Below are positions 63,639-64,000 of a stretch of 64,000 nt of DNA, piece after piece. The DNA comes from the human T2T-CHM13v2.0 reference genome, Homo sapiens. Location: NCBI RefSeq assembly GCF_009914755.1, contig NC_060929.1. One strand, written 5' to 3'. Under the pieces are notes generated by a model. That model was not told the origin of the DNA, did not search any database, and was given only the letters and a program-made list of their open reading frames with translations. Every line of letters begins with the position of its first letter. Position 1 is the first letter of the stretch. The position numbers and the translations under genes are program-made.

Positions 63639-64000
63639 GGCTCTGTGGGCGTAGGACCCTCAAAGCCAGGTGTGGGATATAATCTCTTGGTGTGCCGTTT
63701 GTTGAGCCCATCGGAAAAGCACAGTATTAGGGTGGGAGTGACCCAATTTTCCAGGTGCCGTCTGTCACCCCTTTGTTTGACTAGGAAAGGGAATTCCTTG
63801 ACCCCTTGTGCTTCCCGGGTGAGGCAATGCCTCGCCCTGCTTCAGCTCACACATGGTGTGCTGCACCCACTGTCCTGCCCCCACTGTCCGGCACTCCCTA
63901 GTGAGATGAAGCCGGTACCTCAGTTGGAAATGCAGAAATCACCCATCTTCTGTGTTGTTCACGCTGGGAGCTGTAGACTCAGAAATGCAAATTTTAAATC

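Overview
Mammalian (primate, almost certainly human-like) genomic DNA that is mostly interspersed repeat. I found no supportable host protein-coding gene, RNA gene, CRISPR array or prokaryote-style system. Every long ORF in the track is a broken LINE-1 ORF1/ORF2 fragment, its antisense shadow, or an Alu or LTR reading frame. The window holds three primate L1PA elements on the minus strand: the 5' part of an L1PA3/2-type copy (1-2350), a near full-length L1PA7-type copy (13122-19409) and a near full-length L1PA4/5-type copy (57833-63980, 15-bp TSD). It also holds three L1PB1-type pieces, older L1M fragments, 12 Alus, MER4, THE1 and MLT1 solo LTRs, a degraded ERVL-like provirus, DNA transposons (MER6, MER1B, MER102, Charlie4, Tigger3, MER5A), and MIR/L2/L3 relics. 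The most notable observations are: (1) three L1 5'UTRs at successive stages of the ZNF93 arms race; (2) loss of the YY1 site in both younger L1s; (3) the same ORF0 codon-25 stop in two L1s; (4) an Alu-L1-Alu triple insertion at one ~13-bp site; (5) two recent tandem duplications in unique DNA, one of which copies a splice acceptor; (6) a compact CRE/GC-box/YY1 promoter-plus-donor candidate; and (7) several enhancer-like unique islands. Repeat subfamily names come from recalled consensus sequences and need RepeatMasker/Dfam confirmation. Boundaries of old repeats are approximate.
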